Source: Anthoceros angustus
Taxonomy: Eukaryota; Plantae; Anthocerotophyta
NCBI GenBank assembly: GCA_010909165.1
Contig: MU008159.1
Coordinates: 682,001-746,000, forward strand
Length of the DNA stretch: 64,000 nucleotides
Direction of reading: 5' to 3'
In this document: piece after piece, positions 34,076 to 46,178 of the stretch
How positions within the stretch are numbered: position 1 is the first letter of the stretch
Layout: each line of letters begins with the position of its first letter
Program-made: the position numbers and the translations under genes
The notes under the pieces: generated by a model
Told to the model about the DNA's origin: nothing
Database searches by the model: none
The model's input: only the letters and a program-made list of their open reading frames with translations

Positions 34076-36059
34076 CTAAATGTCTAGCCGGTGGCTTGGT
34101 GTGCTTGGATCCGCCGGTCTTGCACTCTTGCACGTGCTCCTCTTATCTTGTTGTGGCGCGCTTCGTTCTCGTGCAGTGGTAACAAAGATGACAATTTATG
34201 ACAAGAGGCCATAAATTCTGACAACGACTTGTGGAGTACGCGCGCACTTCGTTTTGAAAAAGGAATTCATGTGGCTTTCACCTGTGAGGAAATTTCTTCG
34301 TCAAGCCAACAACTTGTTTGCAAGCCATCAAAGGCGCATTACGGCCATGGTTAGGCTTAGATGGGCAACTTGACTCTAGTTCACATGCAGGCCAAAAAGA
34401 GACATTGCAGCGGTTATTAGTACCAGGCATACAATATTAGGACATAGTGACACCCCTTGGATAACTGGGAACATAACTCATCAAATAAACAAATATGTCA
34501 ACCAATACTTAACCTTAGAATGACGAACATATTCATTTTGAGTTGTTCGTCTTGCTGGGGCGGCCATTGAATTTTTTGAATGCCGGTTTTTGTAATTTGA
34601 TGCTTGAGTCCGCAATGCCACAGTCCTTCTGCACCCTCTCATTTTCAGACAGAAAAAGCAGCAATCGCCATAGCCTTGTACGCCTAAAAAGCAGCCATCG
34701 CCATAGCCTTCTATGCCTAATGGATGTGAAAGATCCCTACAGATGCCCTCAATCCACCCCGGTGTACGTTTGCTTTACACACGTTCCCTCTCACACGGTC
34801 GCGACTAAATCATATGACAATACACGATACAGTTTAGTGTCTCGGTGTGCTTTTGCTAGGACCCAGAATTAACCTTCGGTTAGTTCTAAGGGCGGACTTG
34901 ATTGAATCAAAAAACTTTTGTCATGTGTAGACTCATCACATATGGCCAATTTTGTGAGGGTGCTCAGCCCCTAGTTCTTCATGTGGGCATAATGCTTGCT
35001 CAGCATTCGGATGGAAGATGGTCCCTACCCGAGGGAAGATACTGTGCCTTGGGGCCAGGGTAAGGTGTGAAAGGCGATCATTCTAAAAATTGAGGGCTGA
35101 GCTTGGTGAGATCAAAGTTTTTTGTAGGCACATGTAGAAGTAGAGGAGAACAATGTCGTAATTGTCGTCGAAAGGGATGATAGAAATAATTTTTCTTTAT
35201 TTAGTCATTGAAAAAGAACAACATTTAATCGAAAATGGCCTAAAACCTCCTCCGTCCTTGGGGGTTAAGATCACTTGACGTGCAATACATGCAAAGCAAC
35301 CACTTGAAGAAAAATATGTGTTGTATTCAGGATATATGACATATATACACAAAGATTTGAGGTTTTTGAGATAGTACTCACAAAAAATTCTAAAGTGCCA
35401 CGAGTTTTGAGATAAAACTAATTGTATATAAAGACAAAACGCCACGAGTTAGATCATGAACTAGACAAATCATGAGAACATAAAGACAAAGTGCCACAAG
35501 TTTTGGAGATAATATTGACTAAACATGATTAGCAAAGGTCTTGTCGAATTAATGTAATATTACCAAGGAGTATGGTAGAAGTCGTTTTGGCCAATTTTTG
35601 GGCATGTTAGACTCCTTTGGATCTACAACATGTACCGAACCCACTTGGTTGACTAGTGAGTACAAGTAAAGACATGTAATTAGGGCACCTATAAATAGAT
35701 GCAACAATAGCAGAACAAATCATTGATGGAAGATCACTGACAAACAAACGCAGTAGTGCCTAGTGCATACGGTGCTCGTAACGATAAGATACTATACGAT
35801 AAGTTACATATAATATGGGTGGACTCCCACTTAGGCTGCTCCTAATGGTAAGATACAATAGCATAACAAATCGATAAGTTATGTTATACAATAAGTTACA
35901 TTATAATATGGGTGGTCTCCCGCTCTTGAACTCTAGTGTGCACATATTTGTTGCACTCTCATGAAATATCATTATTCAACCCTAGAGAAGATATCGCCGA
36001 TTCGAGGACTCCTTCATTCCAATGCCAATATCCAACATAAGCAAAATCTGAGTAATAAT

Positions 36060-36210
36060 CTGCCTTCTAGAAATTCAACTATGTATAGAGTTCTTATCCA
36101 CGCCTTCTATTGTTTAACTATAGAGTTCTTATTCACCTACCCTCTATACGTTTAACTATAAAGTTTTTATCTACCCGCCTTCTATGCGTTTAACTTAAGA
36201 GTTCTTATGC
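36060..36210. repeat. Degenerate ~39-bp tandem repeat x3-4
   Basis: Recurrent tatagagttcttat.cac..c.ttctat..gtttaac. Confidence 0.75.
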
Positions 36211-36682
36211 ACTGTTATTTACTGTACATAACAAGTATGATATGAATGTGTTTGATCTTTGATAAATATAAACTAGAAAATAATATTAAAATACACCTAA
36301 TAGTATTATATAATTTGATTTCGAGTTACTAGAGGGACACAGCTGAAGATGTAAGCAAGGAGTTAGTTATGTAGGTAATAAGATAGAATAGGTAGTCTTT
36401 AATGGTTGTTGAAAGAATATATGATCACTATAGGTATTAAATTTATATTTTATTGAGAGAAAAAATGATGGGAAAAAACCCACGATCACTATAGGTAGTA
36501 GACTTTTTTTCGTCAAATTCTAATCAAACTTTCTCCTTCCACCGGCACTCCGCATTGGGGGCCCACCTGCCCACCGGGTGACGACCACCGGCACTGCGGG
36601 CCAGGGTGACCGCACAGGCAAACGGGACTCCAGGAGGAAACGAGTAGCCCGAGCACTTGGCAGGAAGAACGAGGGGAAGGCC

Positions 36683-38547
36683 ATGGTGGTTTGCAAATGC
36701 CGCAAGGTGCGTCTGTGCGGCTCGGAACCCTAATCGCCTGAGTTCCATGGTTGGAGAGTTCTGGAGCGCATGCTGCTCTGAGGGAGGAACGTGATAAGCT
36801 GGTTTGAACTGTGGCAGGCCACAAAATTGTACTGCTTCGTACACAAAATTCCTGTTTGTGGTGAATGCATATGCTTCCCTGAGCACCAGCTATGCGTGGT
36901 AAGTGATGGGGGGATCGCATCTGCTCTCTTGCATGTTGCCAATTGGGGCTACTTCTTGGTGACTAAGTCGTGGTGTGAATGAACGAGTCGGTGGCAGGTG
37001 CGAACATACTCAGAGTGGGTAATAGATGGCGACTACGACTGGCCTACCAAGTGCAGCTTGTGTCAACATGCATTCCAGGAAGCTGATGCGGGGGCTGCAA
37101 CTCGCCTGGGGTGTCTACGTATGTGAATTGTTCTGCCGGTGACTTGTGTGTCATTGGATGTTTGTGGCTCCTGGAGCAAGGGTTATGGATCTGGTGGGCT
37201 ACATTGTTTTCTCACAGATCTATTGCACACCGCATGCTTGGAGAGGCATTTGCAGAGCTTCCCAGCTCATACTGCTCCAGCTGGCTATGTCTGTCCTTCT
37301 TGCAGCTCATCTGTAAGTCTGTGGGATTATGGACTGAAATTCTGGTGAAGTTTGAAGGGTTTAGAGGTGTGTTTGATGTACCGGGCTTCATCCAATTTTT
37401 AGGTATGGCCTCCAAAGCATTTCCGAGATGGTGGACCGGGCCTGCCATCCAGATTGAAGGAGCTGCTTTCACAGGTGTCTATCTGCTGGGTACTGTGCTG
37501 ACTACATGTGAAACAGGAAGGCTGATGATGCCTTTGGAATTGCAGGCTGTCCCAGGTCTTGTTGCAAGCAGTGAATCTGTCCCAACCTCTCAGCAATCGT
37601 CAGCACCCCCTGCATTTTCTTCTGCTCCCCTTGCGTCTGTAGCCAGCACCCCATCAGACAAGGATGTACATGCATCACGAGCCTTGTCACATGATGCTCA
37701 CGGTGTAAGTAGAGCTGAGACCGGTGGTTTCGCTGATGCAAGCAGCTTGCTCGGCAGCCGGCCCTATCTGGTGTCCGGGTCAGCAGTTCCTGAGATTGAA
37801 GCTGCAGGCTCTCATGGTGCTAATTTGTCCAATCCTGGACCTTCAACGTCACCACAGTTCCAAAAGACACCAGCTCTGCAATCAGTGAGTGCAACTGTGA
37901 TCACCAGAGAGCTTGCAGCTGTCATGCTTGATGCAGAATCGGGTTTCAAGTCAGAACTCACCTTCACAATCTTTTTCTGCTTTCCTTCAGCTGCTGCCTG
38001 GAGCATTGGCTCGGAAGACTTCGTATTCCCGTGGGGAGAGGGGTTCAAGTATGCAGCAGGACAGGTACGAGGACGATGACGGCAGCCACCGAAAGTACAC
38101 TAGGAGGGGTAAGCTTTTGCTCTTTGAATATACCGTGCACTCACCTTGTAGTTAGAAAAGAGAAGTGTCTAAGAAGGAGGGATCCTTTGCAGGTCCGATA
38201 TCAAGGCAATTAATGAAGTTGTTACTCCCATTCTGGTCGTCAACTTTGCCCATACTACCCGTCACCGGACCACGCAGGGAGGATCTTGCAGAGGAGATCC
38301 TGGAGAGCCGCCCTCGACGCCGGTCTAACCGCGCTGCCCCCGTGGATCCAAGGAAGATACTCCTATTTTTCGCCATCATGTGAGTCACCTTTAAAATCAT
38401 GCATGGCTAGACTAGTTGTGGTGCTGCCTTATCGCTGTCAGTGTCCTAACAACTTGTGTGTGCAGGTCATGCATGGCCACAATGATGCTGCTGTATTATC
38501 GGCTTGCTCAGAGTAGCAGTGGAAGTGGGCAAGTGAAAGAGCAATAA
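36683..38547 (+). CDS. ZFPL1: Zinc finger protein-like 1 homologue (B-box-like + RING/PHD-like, C-terminal TM)
   Basis: MVVCKCRK|ATKLYCFVHKIPVCGECICFPEHQLCV|VRTYSEWVIDGDYDWPTKC and LGCLHLLHTACL...HTAPAGYVCPSC. C-terminal TM ILLFFAIM|SCMATMMLLYYRL; TAA at 38545-38547. Confidence 0.88.
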
Positions 38548-38637
38548 CTTGACCTAGAAGGGTTTTACTAGCTCAAGTTTCTGACACCACTTTGGAACCT
38601 TCATCAACACCTACCTGTAGCTCCATCTCCGGGATTT

Positions 38638-39445
38638 GTTTCAGGTGGAGTGCTTTGGGGACCAGCTCTCAGTTTGAAGGGAGAGAGCTGTGCTCAAGCC
38701 ATAGAAACCTGCTGTGCTGTGCTTCCAGTTCCACAATCCAAGGATTTAGGCTGCTCTGACAGATTCGGTTTGCTTCATGAAATGAGAAGGAGTAGTACAT
38801 ACATAAAGAGGAAGGAGGTACAGTAATAGACAAGTTGTTAACTAATAAATGAAGCGAACGGAGATTGTTTCAGGTGGAGTGTTATGGGACCAGCTCTCAG
38901 TTTGGCCCTTGCTGACTTTGGGTACATAGTCTACGTAGTTGGGGAATGACAGAGGAGGGCTGTGCCCAAGCCGTAGAAACATGCAGTGGTGTGCTTCCAG
39001 GTCCACAATCCAAGGATTTAGGTTGCTCTGACAGATCCGCTTTGCTTCATCAAATGAGGAGGAGGAGGAGTCCGTACATAACGAGGAAGGAGGTAGACAA
39101 ATAGTCAAGTTGTTAACTAATTACGGAAAAGGAAGGAGATTGTTTCAGGTTGGCCCTCTGGGAGCTGACAATGGGTACTTAGTCTGCATAGTTGGCGATC
39201 TCGGGGGCTAGTCCCCCGCCAGAGGGTTGTTCCCCCTTCGTCTAGGGGTAAATGGGATTTCCCATCTTTTTTCTTACATTAAAGGCTTCCATTTCCCTTC
39301 CCACACTTAGGGAATGAAGGGAGAGGCCTGTGCCCGAGCCATAAAAACCTTCCGCTTTGCTTCATAGGAGTAGGACATACATCATAACGAGGACGGAGGT
39401 AGTAGGCAAGTTGTTTACTAATAAAGAAAGAGAAGGCGATTGTTG
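38638..39445. repeat. Triplicated ~230-280-bp unit between the convergent ZFPL1 and kinase stop codons
   Basis: tttcaggt, gtgc.caagcc.tagaaac, ccacaatccaaggatttagg and caagttgtt.actaat recur, with units starting near 38638, 38869 and 39144. Confidence 0.88.
39196..39310 (+). mobile_element. Short non-autonomous or 5'-truncated copy of the CRE-element 3' end, inserted in repeat copy 3
   Basis: cgggggctagtcccccg...gggttgttcccccttcg...atgggatttcccatcttttttc aligns to 26985-27070. The uninterrupted site tagttggggaatga is present in the paralogous unit near 38935. Confidence 0.75.
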
Positions 39446-42400
39446 TTACGGGTGCTGGTGGTGGATGTTGGCAGCAGCAACGGAAGGCGAGTCTCCTCCG
39501 GCCGCGGAGTCGCTCTCGTCGGAGAAGGAGTCCTCGTTGTAAGTGGAGGTGTCGGTGTAGAGGTCCCGGCTGGGAATCTCCTCGATCTGCCTCACCACGT
39601 CGCTCATCTTGGGCCTGGCCTCGGGGGAGTTCTCGACGCAGTTCATGCCGATCTGCAGCAGGCTCACCATCTCCTCCTCGATGTCGTTGTACGCCATGAG
39701 GTCCATGTCGAACACCTCGGCCGTCCACTCCTCCCGCACCACGGAGCGCGTCCACCGCGGGAGGTCGATCCCGGGTCCGCCACCCCGGCCGGAGCCAGAG
39801 ATCCCCGCCAGCGCCAGCGCCGGCACGGGCGCCGGCGCCGGCGCCAGCCACCACGGACTGCGCCGGGAGGCGGCCCGTGAGCAGCTCCAGGATGAGCACG
39901 CCGAAGCTGAAGACGTCCGCCTTGGGCGTGATCCGCTTGGTTTGGCTGTACTCGGGGGCGCGGTATCCCGCCAGGCGCGCCGCCGCCATCGCCCCGGTCA
40001 TGAGCGGCGCCAGCCCGTAGTCGCTGATCCGCGGCTCGTTGTTGGCGTCCAGCAGAATGTTGGAGGACTTGATGTTGCCGTGCGGGATCCGCTGCGACTC
40101 GCACTCCCGGTGCAAGTACTCCAACCCCCTGGCCACTCCCAGCGCGATGCGCAGCCGCGTCGTCCACCCGAGCGGCTTCCGCTTCAGCCCCGTCCTCGCC
40201 GCCCCTGCATGCATGCAAGTCCCACTCCCCGTGCTCAATTCTTACACGATGCAAGCTTGAGCGCGCACAACCGTTACAATTCAAGTCCGGCAACAAACAC
40301 AGGACGTCTCCAACTCCAACAAGAAACACAAAGAGGTGTCCAATTCCAAGGGAAGCAACAAGGAGACAGATTCCAAGGGAAGCAAGCGGCTCGACACAAG
40401 GAGACGGACAAATATGAGGAGGGGTGTTGTTACCGTGGAGAAGGTTAAAGACGCTCCCGTTGGGCTGGTACTCTGCGACGAGGAACTTCTCCTCGCGCGC
40501 GTAGTAGTAGGCCTTGAGGGGGACGAGATTGGGGTGGCGGAGCTTGCCGAGGAGCTCCATCTGCTGCTCGAACTCCTTGCGGCCGGAGTCGCGGAGGTCG
40601 CGGAGGCGCTTCACGGCGACCTCGGCGCCGCCGTCCAGGACGGCCTTGTACGCGGTGCCGAAGCTGCCCTTGCCGAGCATCTCGGCGGAGGCGCGCAGGA
40701 GGTCCTCCAGGTCGAAGGAGTGCTCGTGGCCGGGGAAGAAGGCGAGGCGGCCGCGCCGCCGCCCTCGCCCCGGTCATGAGCGGCGCCAGTAGTCGCTGAT
40801 CCGCGGCTCGTTGTTGGCGTCCAGCAGAATGTTGGAGGACTTGATGTTGCCGTGCGGGATCCGCTGCGACTCGCACTCCCGGTGCAAGTACTCCAACCCC
40901 TGGCCACTCCCAGCGCGATGCGCAGCCGCGTCGTCCACCCGAGCGGCTTCCGCTTCAGCCCCGTCCTCGCCGCCCCTGCATGCAAGTCCACTCCCGTGCT
41001 CAATTCTTACACGATGCAAGCTTGAGCGCGCACAACCGTTACAATTCAAGTCCGGCAACAAACACAGGACGTCTCCAACTCCAACAAGAAACACAAAGAG
41101 GTGTCCAATTCCAAGGAAGCAACAAGGAGACAGATTCCAAGGAAGCAAGCGGCTCGACACAAGGAGACGGACAAATATGAGGAGGTGTTGTTACCGTGGA
41201 GAAGGTTAAAGACGCTCCCGTTGGGCTGGTACTCTGCGACGAACTTCTCCTCGCGCGCGTAGTAGTAGGCCTTGAGGGGGACGAGATTGGGGTGGCGGAG
41301 CTTGCCGAGGAGCTCCATCTGCTGCTCGAACTCCTTGCGGCCGGAGTCGCGGAGGTCGCGGAGGCGCTTCACGGCGACCTCGGCGCCGCCGTCCAGGACG
41401 GCCTTGTACGCGGTGCCGAAGCTGCCCTTGCCGAGCATCTCGGCGGAGGCGCGCAGGAGGTCCTCCAGGTCGAAGGAGTGCTCGTGGCCGGGGAAGAAGG
41501 CGAGGCGGCCGCGCCCGCCGCCCTCCTCAGCCTGCGCCTGCACCTGCGCCTGCGCCTGCGCCTGCGCCGACAGGGGCCCGGACTCGAGGTAGCTCTGGCT
41601 CATGTGGGGGGACGCCTTGTTGGCGTAGCTCTTGCTCACCACGATCGACACTCCCCCTTTCTTCCCCGCGCCGGGCTTGCCTTCCTGCTCCCTGGCCGCC
41701 TTCTTGTACTTCTTGTTGTAGTAGAGGTAGAACCAGAAGGTGAGGAGGAAGAGGAAGAAGATGTCGCCGATGACGATGGCCGCCACCGCCAGCGGCTTCA
41801 GGCCCTTGTTCTTCTTCGGGCTCGGGGCCGGGGCGGCCACCGGGCACGCGGGGAGGACCGGGGCGCCGCACAGCTGGGAGTCTCCCAGGAAGGCGGATTT
41901 GCCGAACTTGGAGAGCAGCCCCGGGGGGACCGTCCCTCCCAGGTCCCGGTTGTAGGAGACGTTGAAGTCGAGCAGGGAGGCGGCGTTGAGGCCCGGGAGC
42001 TGGCCCTGGAACTGGTTCTGCTCCAGCCGGAGGACGGTGAGCGGGAGGACGGCCAGCGCGCCGGAGATGGAGCCGGAGAGCTGGTTTCCCGGGAGAGTTA
42101 GGTTCTGGAGCTGCGAGAGCTTGGAAAGGTCCGGGAGGGAGCCGGTGAAGTTGTTTCCCGCGAGAGACAGGTTCTGGAGGCGGATGAGATGGCCCAGGTC
42201 GGGTGGGAGGGGGCCCCGGAGCTGCGTCCCCTCCATGCTCAGCGCCTGCAGGTTCGTCATGTTCCCCAGCGTCCCCGCCGGGAAGGTGCCCCCCAGAGTG
42301 ATGTCGCGCAGGTGGATGGCGTACACCAGGTTGTCCCCGTCGCAGCTCACTCCGATCGGGCCGTGGACGGTGGAGATGCAGGGGTCGCTCCCGTCCCAGT

Positions 42401-42581
42401 CCGAGAGCTGGTTGGACGGGTCCGCGGCTTTCTTGAACGCCAACATCGCCTTCCCTGCTGCCGGGTCCCGAGCGCGCGCGCTGGGCCAGTTGGAGCTGCC
42501 CAGGAGCGCGAGCATCAGGAAGGCGGCATATCCGAGTTCCTGGACTGATCCTCTGGTGCTGTGGGATCTGGTTCTGGCCAT
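39446..42581 (-). CDS. LRR-III atypical leucine-rich-repeat receptor-like kinase (RLK902/PRK-like), with an internal ~770-bp duplication and frameshifts as assembled
   Basis: Signal peptide, LRRNT (W.GSDPC), about 5 LRRs, [92 protein letters not shown] and [23 protein letters not shown] at 39446-39448. Confidence 0.9.
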
Positions 42582-43659
42582 GGCTCCTCCTGGTGTTGGA
42601 TCTTAATCGGCTGCTGCTGCCCCTGGGTCTCCAGGCCCGGATCGATGTCCCCCCTTCTGCTCTGCATCAGCCCCCGGGGGTTGCTGCGATCTGCCGCTCT
42701 GGGATTTGGGAGGCATCAAATGCGCATGCAGTCCTCGAGCATGCTGGTGAGGGGAAATGGCAAACCTGGGCGGCCACCACCTCGCTTGCATCGCGACAAC
42801 CCAGCCTGGCTCCCCTTCCATTGCCGCCATGGACGCGTGCTAAGTCTCCAAGTCACCGTATGAAAAGGGTCTGCCGGCGCCGGCCAGTCAGCATCCATCG
42901 ATGTTCTCCACGTATCTGCGTGCCGGGAAAAGGGAGGGCTCAGCCGGCGTTGCATTGGCAGGCTTACTACTCCAGGGGCCCGGCTGCCAGAGCAACACAG
43001 CAGGGCAGCAAAGGGCCAGCGGACATTCCAAATTACCACAGCATTGAGCAAGAATCTTCCATGGGCATAAAACGGAGGTATCCCTCAAAGGTGTGTGCTA
43101 TAGATAGGTGTGTTGTGGACTGAAAGCATACCAGCTCAGAGACAAAGAATCTGGAGGCCAGACCTCCTCTTAGATGTGATTCTCAAGCCAAGCCAGGGAC
43201 GATACTCTCTGAAAGTGGAGACACTGAAGAAGGAGCAGCCAGCCTGATGAGGACGATGCCCTTCGGTGAAAAGTTGCTGCACACTGGTCTGAAGAGGGAA
43301 ATCGCAGTGTGGGTCTTCTTCTGCTAACAGAGTGAAGCATCTACAAAGGCAGCATTGGATGTAAGCTTCCACATTTGCCTGCGCATGCCAAATAATAGCT
43401 CAAAAAACAAAGTAGCTCACCTACAACCATCACACACACACATGTACAGCTCCAGACCGCGTCATTGCTGGTTGTTGAAGACTGGACTGGACTACTCAAG
43501 ACCTAGATTAATAAATCCTACTTGCAACATGCGAGCTCCAGCTGCAGGGAGCAGAAGTACAGTGACAGCTCCTGAAAGTCGTGGAAGGACATGTACCACA
43601 CTCTTCCCGGATGTCGGGTGCTGGGAAACAGTTGGCAACAGATTGCTAAAGGGCTTTCT

Positions 43660-45228
43660 TCATGGTCCACCATCTCGTCCTCTGATGGCCCGTTTCCTCA
43701 AGAATTCTGGTACGCCGGTTGATGCTTGCCTCCTCAGATTCTGCTCCCAGTTGGAGATGTCATCCTCAATGGTTTTGACTTGCCCGAGCTCGGCAGATCG
43801 CGCCTGAGAGGAGGGGGGCCCAGGGTCGTTGAAGTCCCGAAAGCCAGTGGCAATCACCGTCATCCTGAGCTTCCCTTTGAAGCTCTCGTCGATGACAGCA
43901 CCAAAAATGACGTTGGCATTGGGGTCTGCCATACCATAAATGATCTCGGCTGCTATGTTCACCTCATGCAGAGTGAGATCTGCTCCACCAGTCACATTGT
44001 ACACAATCCCAGAAGGCCGTACAATGGACTGCAGAAGTGGAGACATGATGGCTGACTTTGCAACTTCCTCTGCTCTGTTCTTCCCTGATGCAACACCTAT
44101 TCCCAGCATAGCACTGCCGGCATTGGACATGACAGCTTTCACATCTGCGAAGTCTACATTCACCAGCCCAGGCACTGTGATGATGTCCGAAATACCTTGT
44201 ACCCCCTGGCGCAGCACATCATCTGCCAGGTGGAACGCCTCCAGGAAGGAAGTCTCCGCAGACAGAGTCTCCAAAAGACGGTCGTTTGGCACCACCACGA
44301 GGGTGTCACATGAGTGCCGCATCGCCTCCACACCTTTGCGAGCCAACTGCGTGCGCTTGGCCCCCTCGAACGAGAAGGGCTCTGTCACTATGCCAACAGT
44401 CAGTGCTCCCATGGCCTTGGCCAACCTTGCGACTACAGGACCTGGAAAAGCCAGGAACATGACAAGCATGCCATGTCAGAATCCACCACTTCTACCTGCA
44501 TCATCACATGAATAGAGCAAGGGCACAAGGGCGACAAACAAGGATGGAATACCTGCACCAGAGCCCGTCCCGCCACCCATGCCAGCAGCTACAAACACCA
44601 TATCAGCACCTTCCAGAGCCATAGACAACTCAGCCAGAGATTCCGTGGCTGCGTCCTCACCAACTTCACAGCTGCCACCCGCACCTCTTCCCAGAGTCGA
44701 CTCTCTGCCAATTTGCAGCCTGTTAGGAGCCAGGGACTTCCTCAAGGCTTGGCTGTCGGTATTGACCGACCAGAATTCCACATTCGGGAGCTTGGCGCTC
44801 ACCATTTCATTCACCGCATTGCAGCCTCCTCCCCCAACTCCAACCACCTTGATAACAGCCTGCCCGGATGAAATGCCGTATCCAGTTACCGGTTTCTGCT
44901 CCGGCCTCGCCAAGTCTCCGTTCCTGCTCTTGCTGTGCTCCAGCGCAAAGCTGTCAAGCGAGGCAGAGGCCTTCCCTGGCCTTACCTCCCTACGGCTATC
45001 CTCCGGCACGAGGTCATGCAGCCGAGCTCCAGCACCTGCACCTGCTCCCGCTATACCTGACCTGCTCCACCGCAACCCGGCGCCCTGCCGCTGTTCTTCT
45101 CCCCGGCTGCTTCCGAGGCACAAGGAAGCTGCAGCTCTGCTGCCATCTCCGGCCGCCGGCCTTCTTGAACAAGAAGCAGGGCTGCATGCGGGCAATGGCT
45201 GGCTGGACAACGGCAGAATCGACGCCAT
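43660..45228 (-). CDS. FtsZ3: Plastid division protein FtsZ, FtsZ3 subfamily; 2 exons (45228-44553, 44441-43660)
   Basis: Transit peptide, then [38 protein letters not shown]7 loop [11 protein letters not shown] and C-terminal VPEFLRKR. The segments [24 protein letters not shown] and [20 protein letters not shown] match moss FtsZ3 as I recall it, not FtsZ1 or FtsZ2. Confidence 0.9.
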
Positions 45229-46178
45229 GGCAAGGCCCCTCCAGGGACTCGGCGCAGCTCAACGGCACCAACACCAGCAGCGGCTTGAGCTCTTGTCATA
45301 ACAAACAAGGCAGCGTGCACTCCCTCCCCCCATCTCCAAGAACCTTAGATGTTGGAGCAGTTTCTTGGAAGGAACGTCCCATTACAAGCAGGGCCATCCG
45401 TCGCAGGCTCAGCCACGAGGTGGTTCGTGAACAGATGTGAGTTGAATTGCAGGAGCTCGCGTTGCGCAAGCAGCAAGGGCTCGCGTTCCCGGTGGTGGGA
45501 TTCGAGAATGAGACGACAACTCCCGCCAAACACCATGGCCAATACAGGCCAAGACCTAGAAATCGGCTGTCACGATGCCCAATGAACGTTTGGCGTGACA
45601 TTTCAGGCTGTGGTGAGGAAGGTTATGTGAATTCCGGTAACAGAGTGGCCGGCATCACAATCGCTACTAGCGGAGCTCCGTAAAGTCTTATTGTCCATCA
45701 GCTGAACGTTGGAAAGGTATCGCAGTGGCGAAAATCACAGCTGCTGCAAGCAAGCTCATGAAGAGGAAAATGGGGTCGACATGGAAAGCGGCATGACGAA
45801 CTTTCCAGAGAAGAACTACGACCGCGTGAAAAAAATCTCTCATTCCACAAAAACGTGACTTCTTCCCCCCGAGGGAATTCTCAGCCTCTGAGGGATCTTT
45901 TCAGTCTACAATTTCTGGCATATCCACCGCCCCCTCCCCAACGCTCTCCCCGCCCTTTCCCTTCCTCCCCTCCCCTATGTCCTCCTGCACCAAACCATGC
46001 TTCCAGCTGGGAATCCGAAAAGCCTAGTAAGGGTGCCTGTACCGTGCCACTGTTCCTCCAGTGGGTCAAGTCCGAGACACTACCTCGTGGAAAATTTGAG
46101 CCAGTTGGCTCTTAACACAAAAAAATTCACATAGGGGGGGTGGTTATACCCAAGGACCGATCTACCAATGAACTAAGC

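Noticed and set aside
39609-42548. Long plus-strand ORFs (39609-40448, 41196-42101 and others)
   Set aside because: Antisense shadows of the GC3-rich kinase gene. The same applies to 32005-32976 (NPF), 16796-18117 (SNF2 N-terminus), 20261-20932 (F-box) and 43940-45301 (FtsZ).
43244-43273. Second CTGATGA...GAAA hammerhead candidate
   Set aside because: Stem II cannot form (ggac...ggt) and the closing G-C pair is missing.
43660-45228. FtsZ as bacterial contamination or recent horizontal transfer
   Set aside because: It has a transit peptide and a spliceosomal intron and sits among plant genes.
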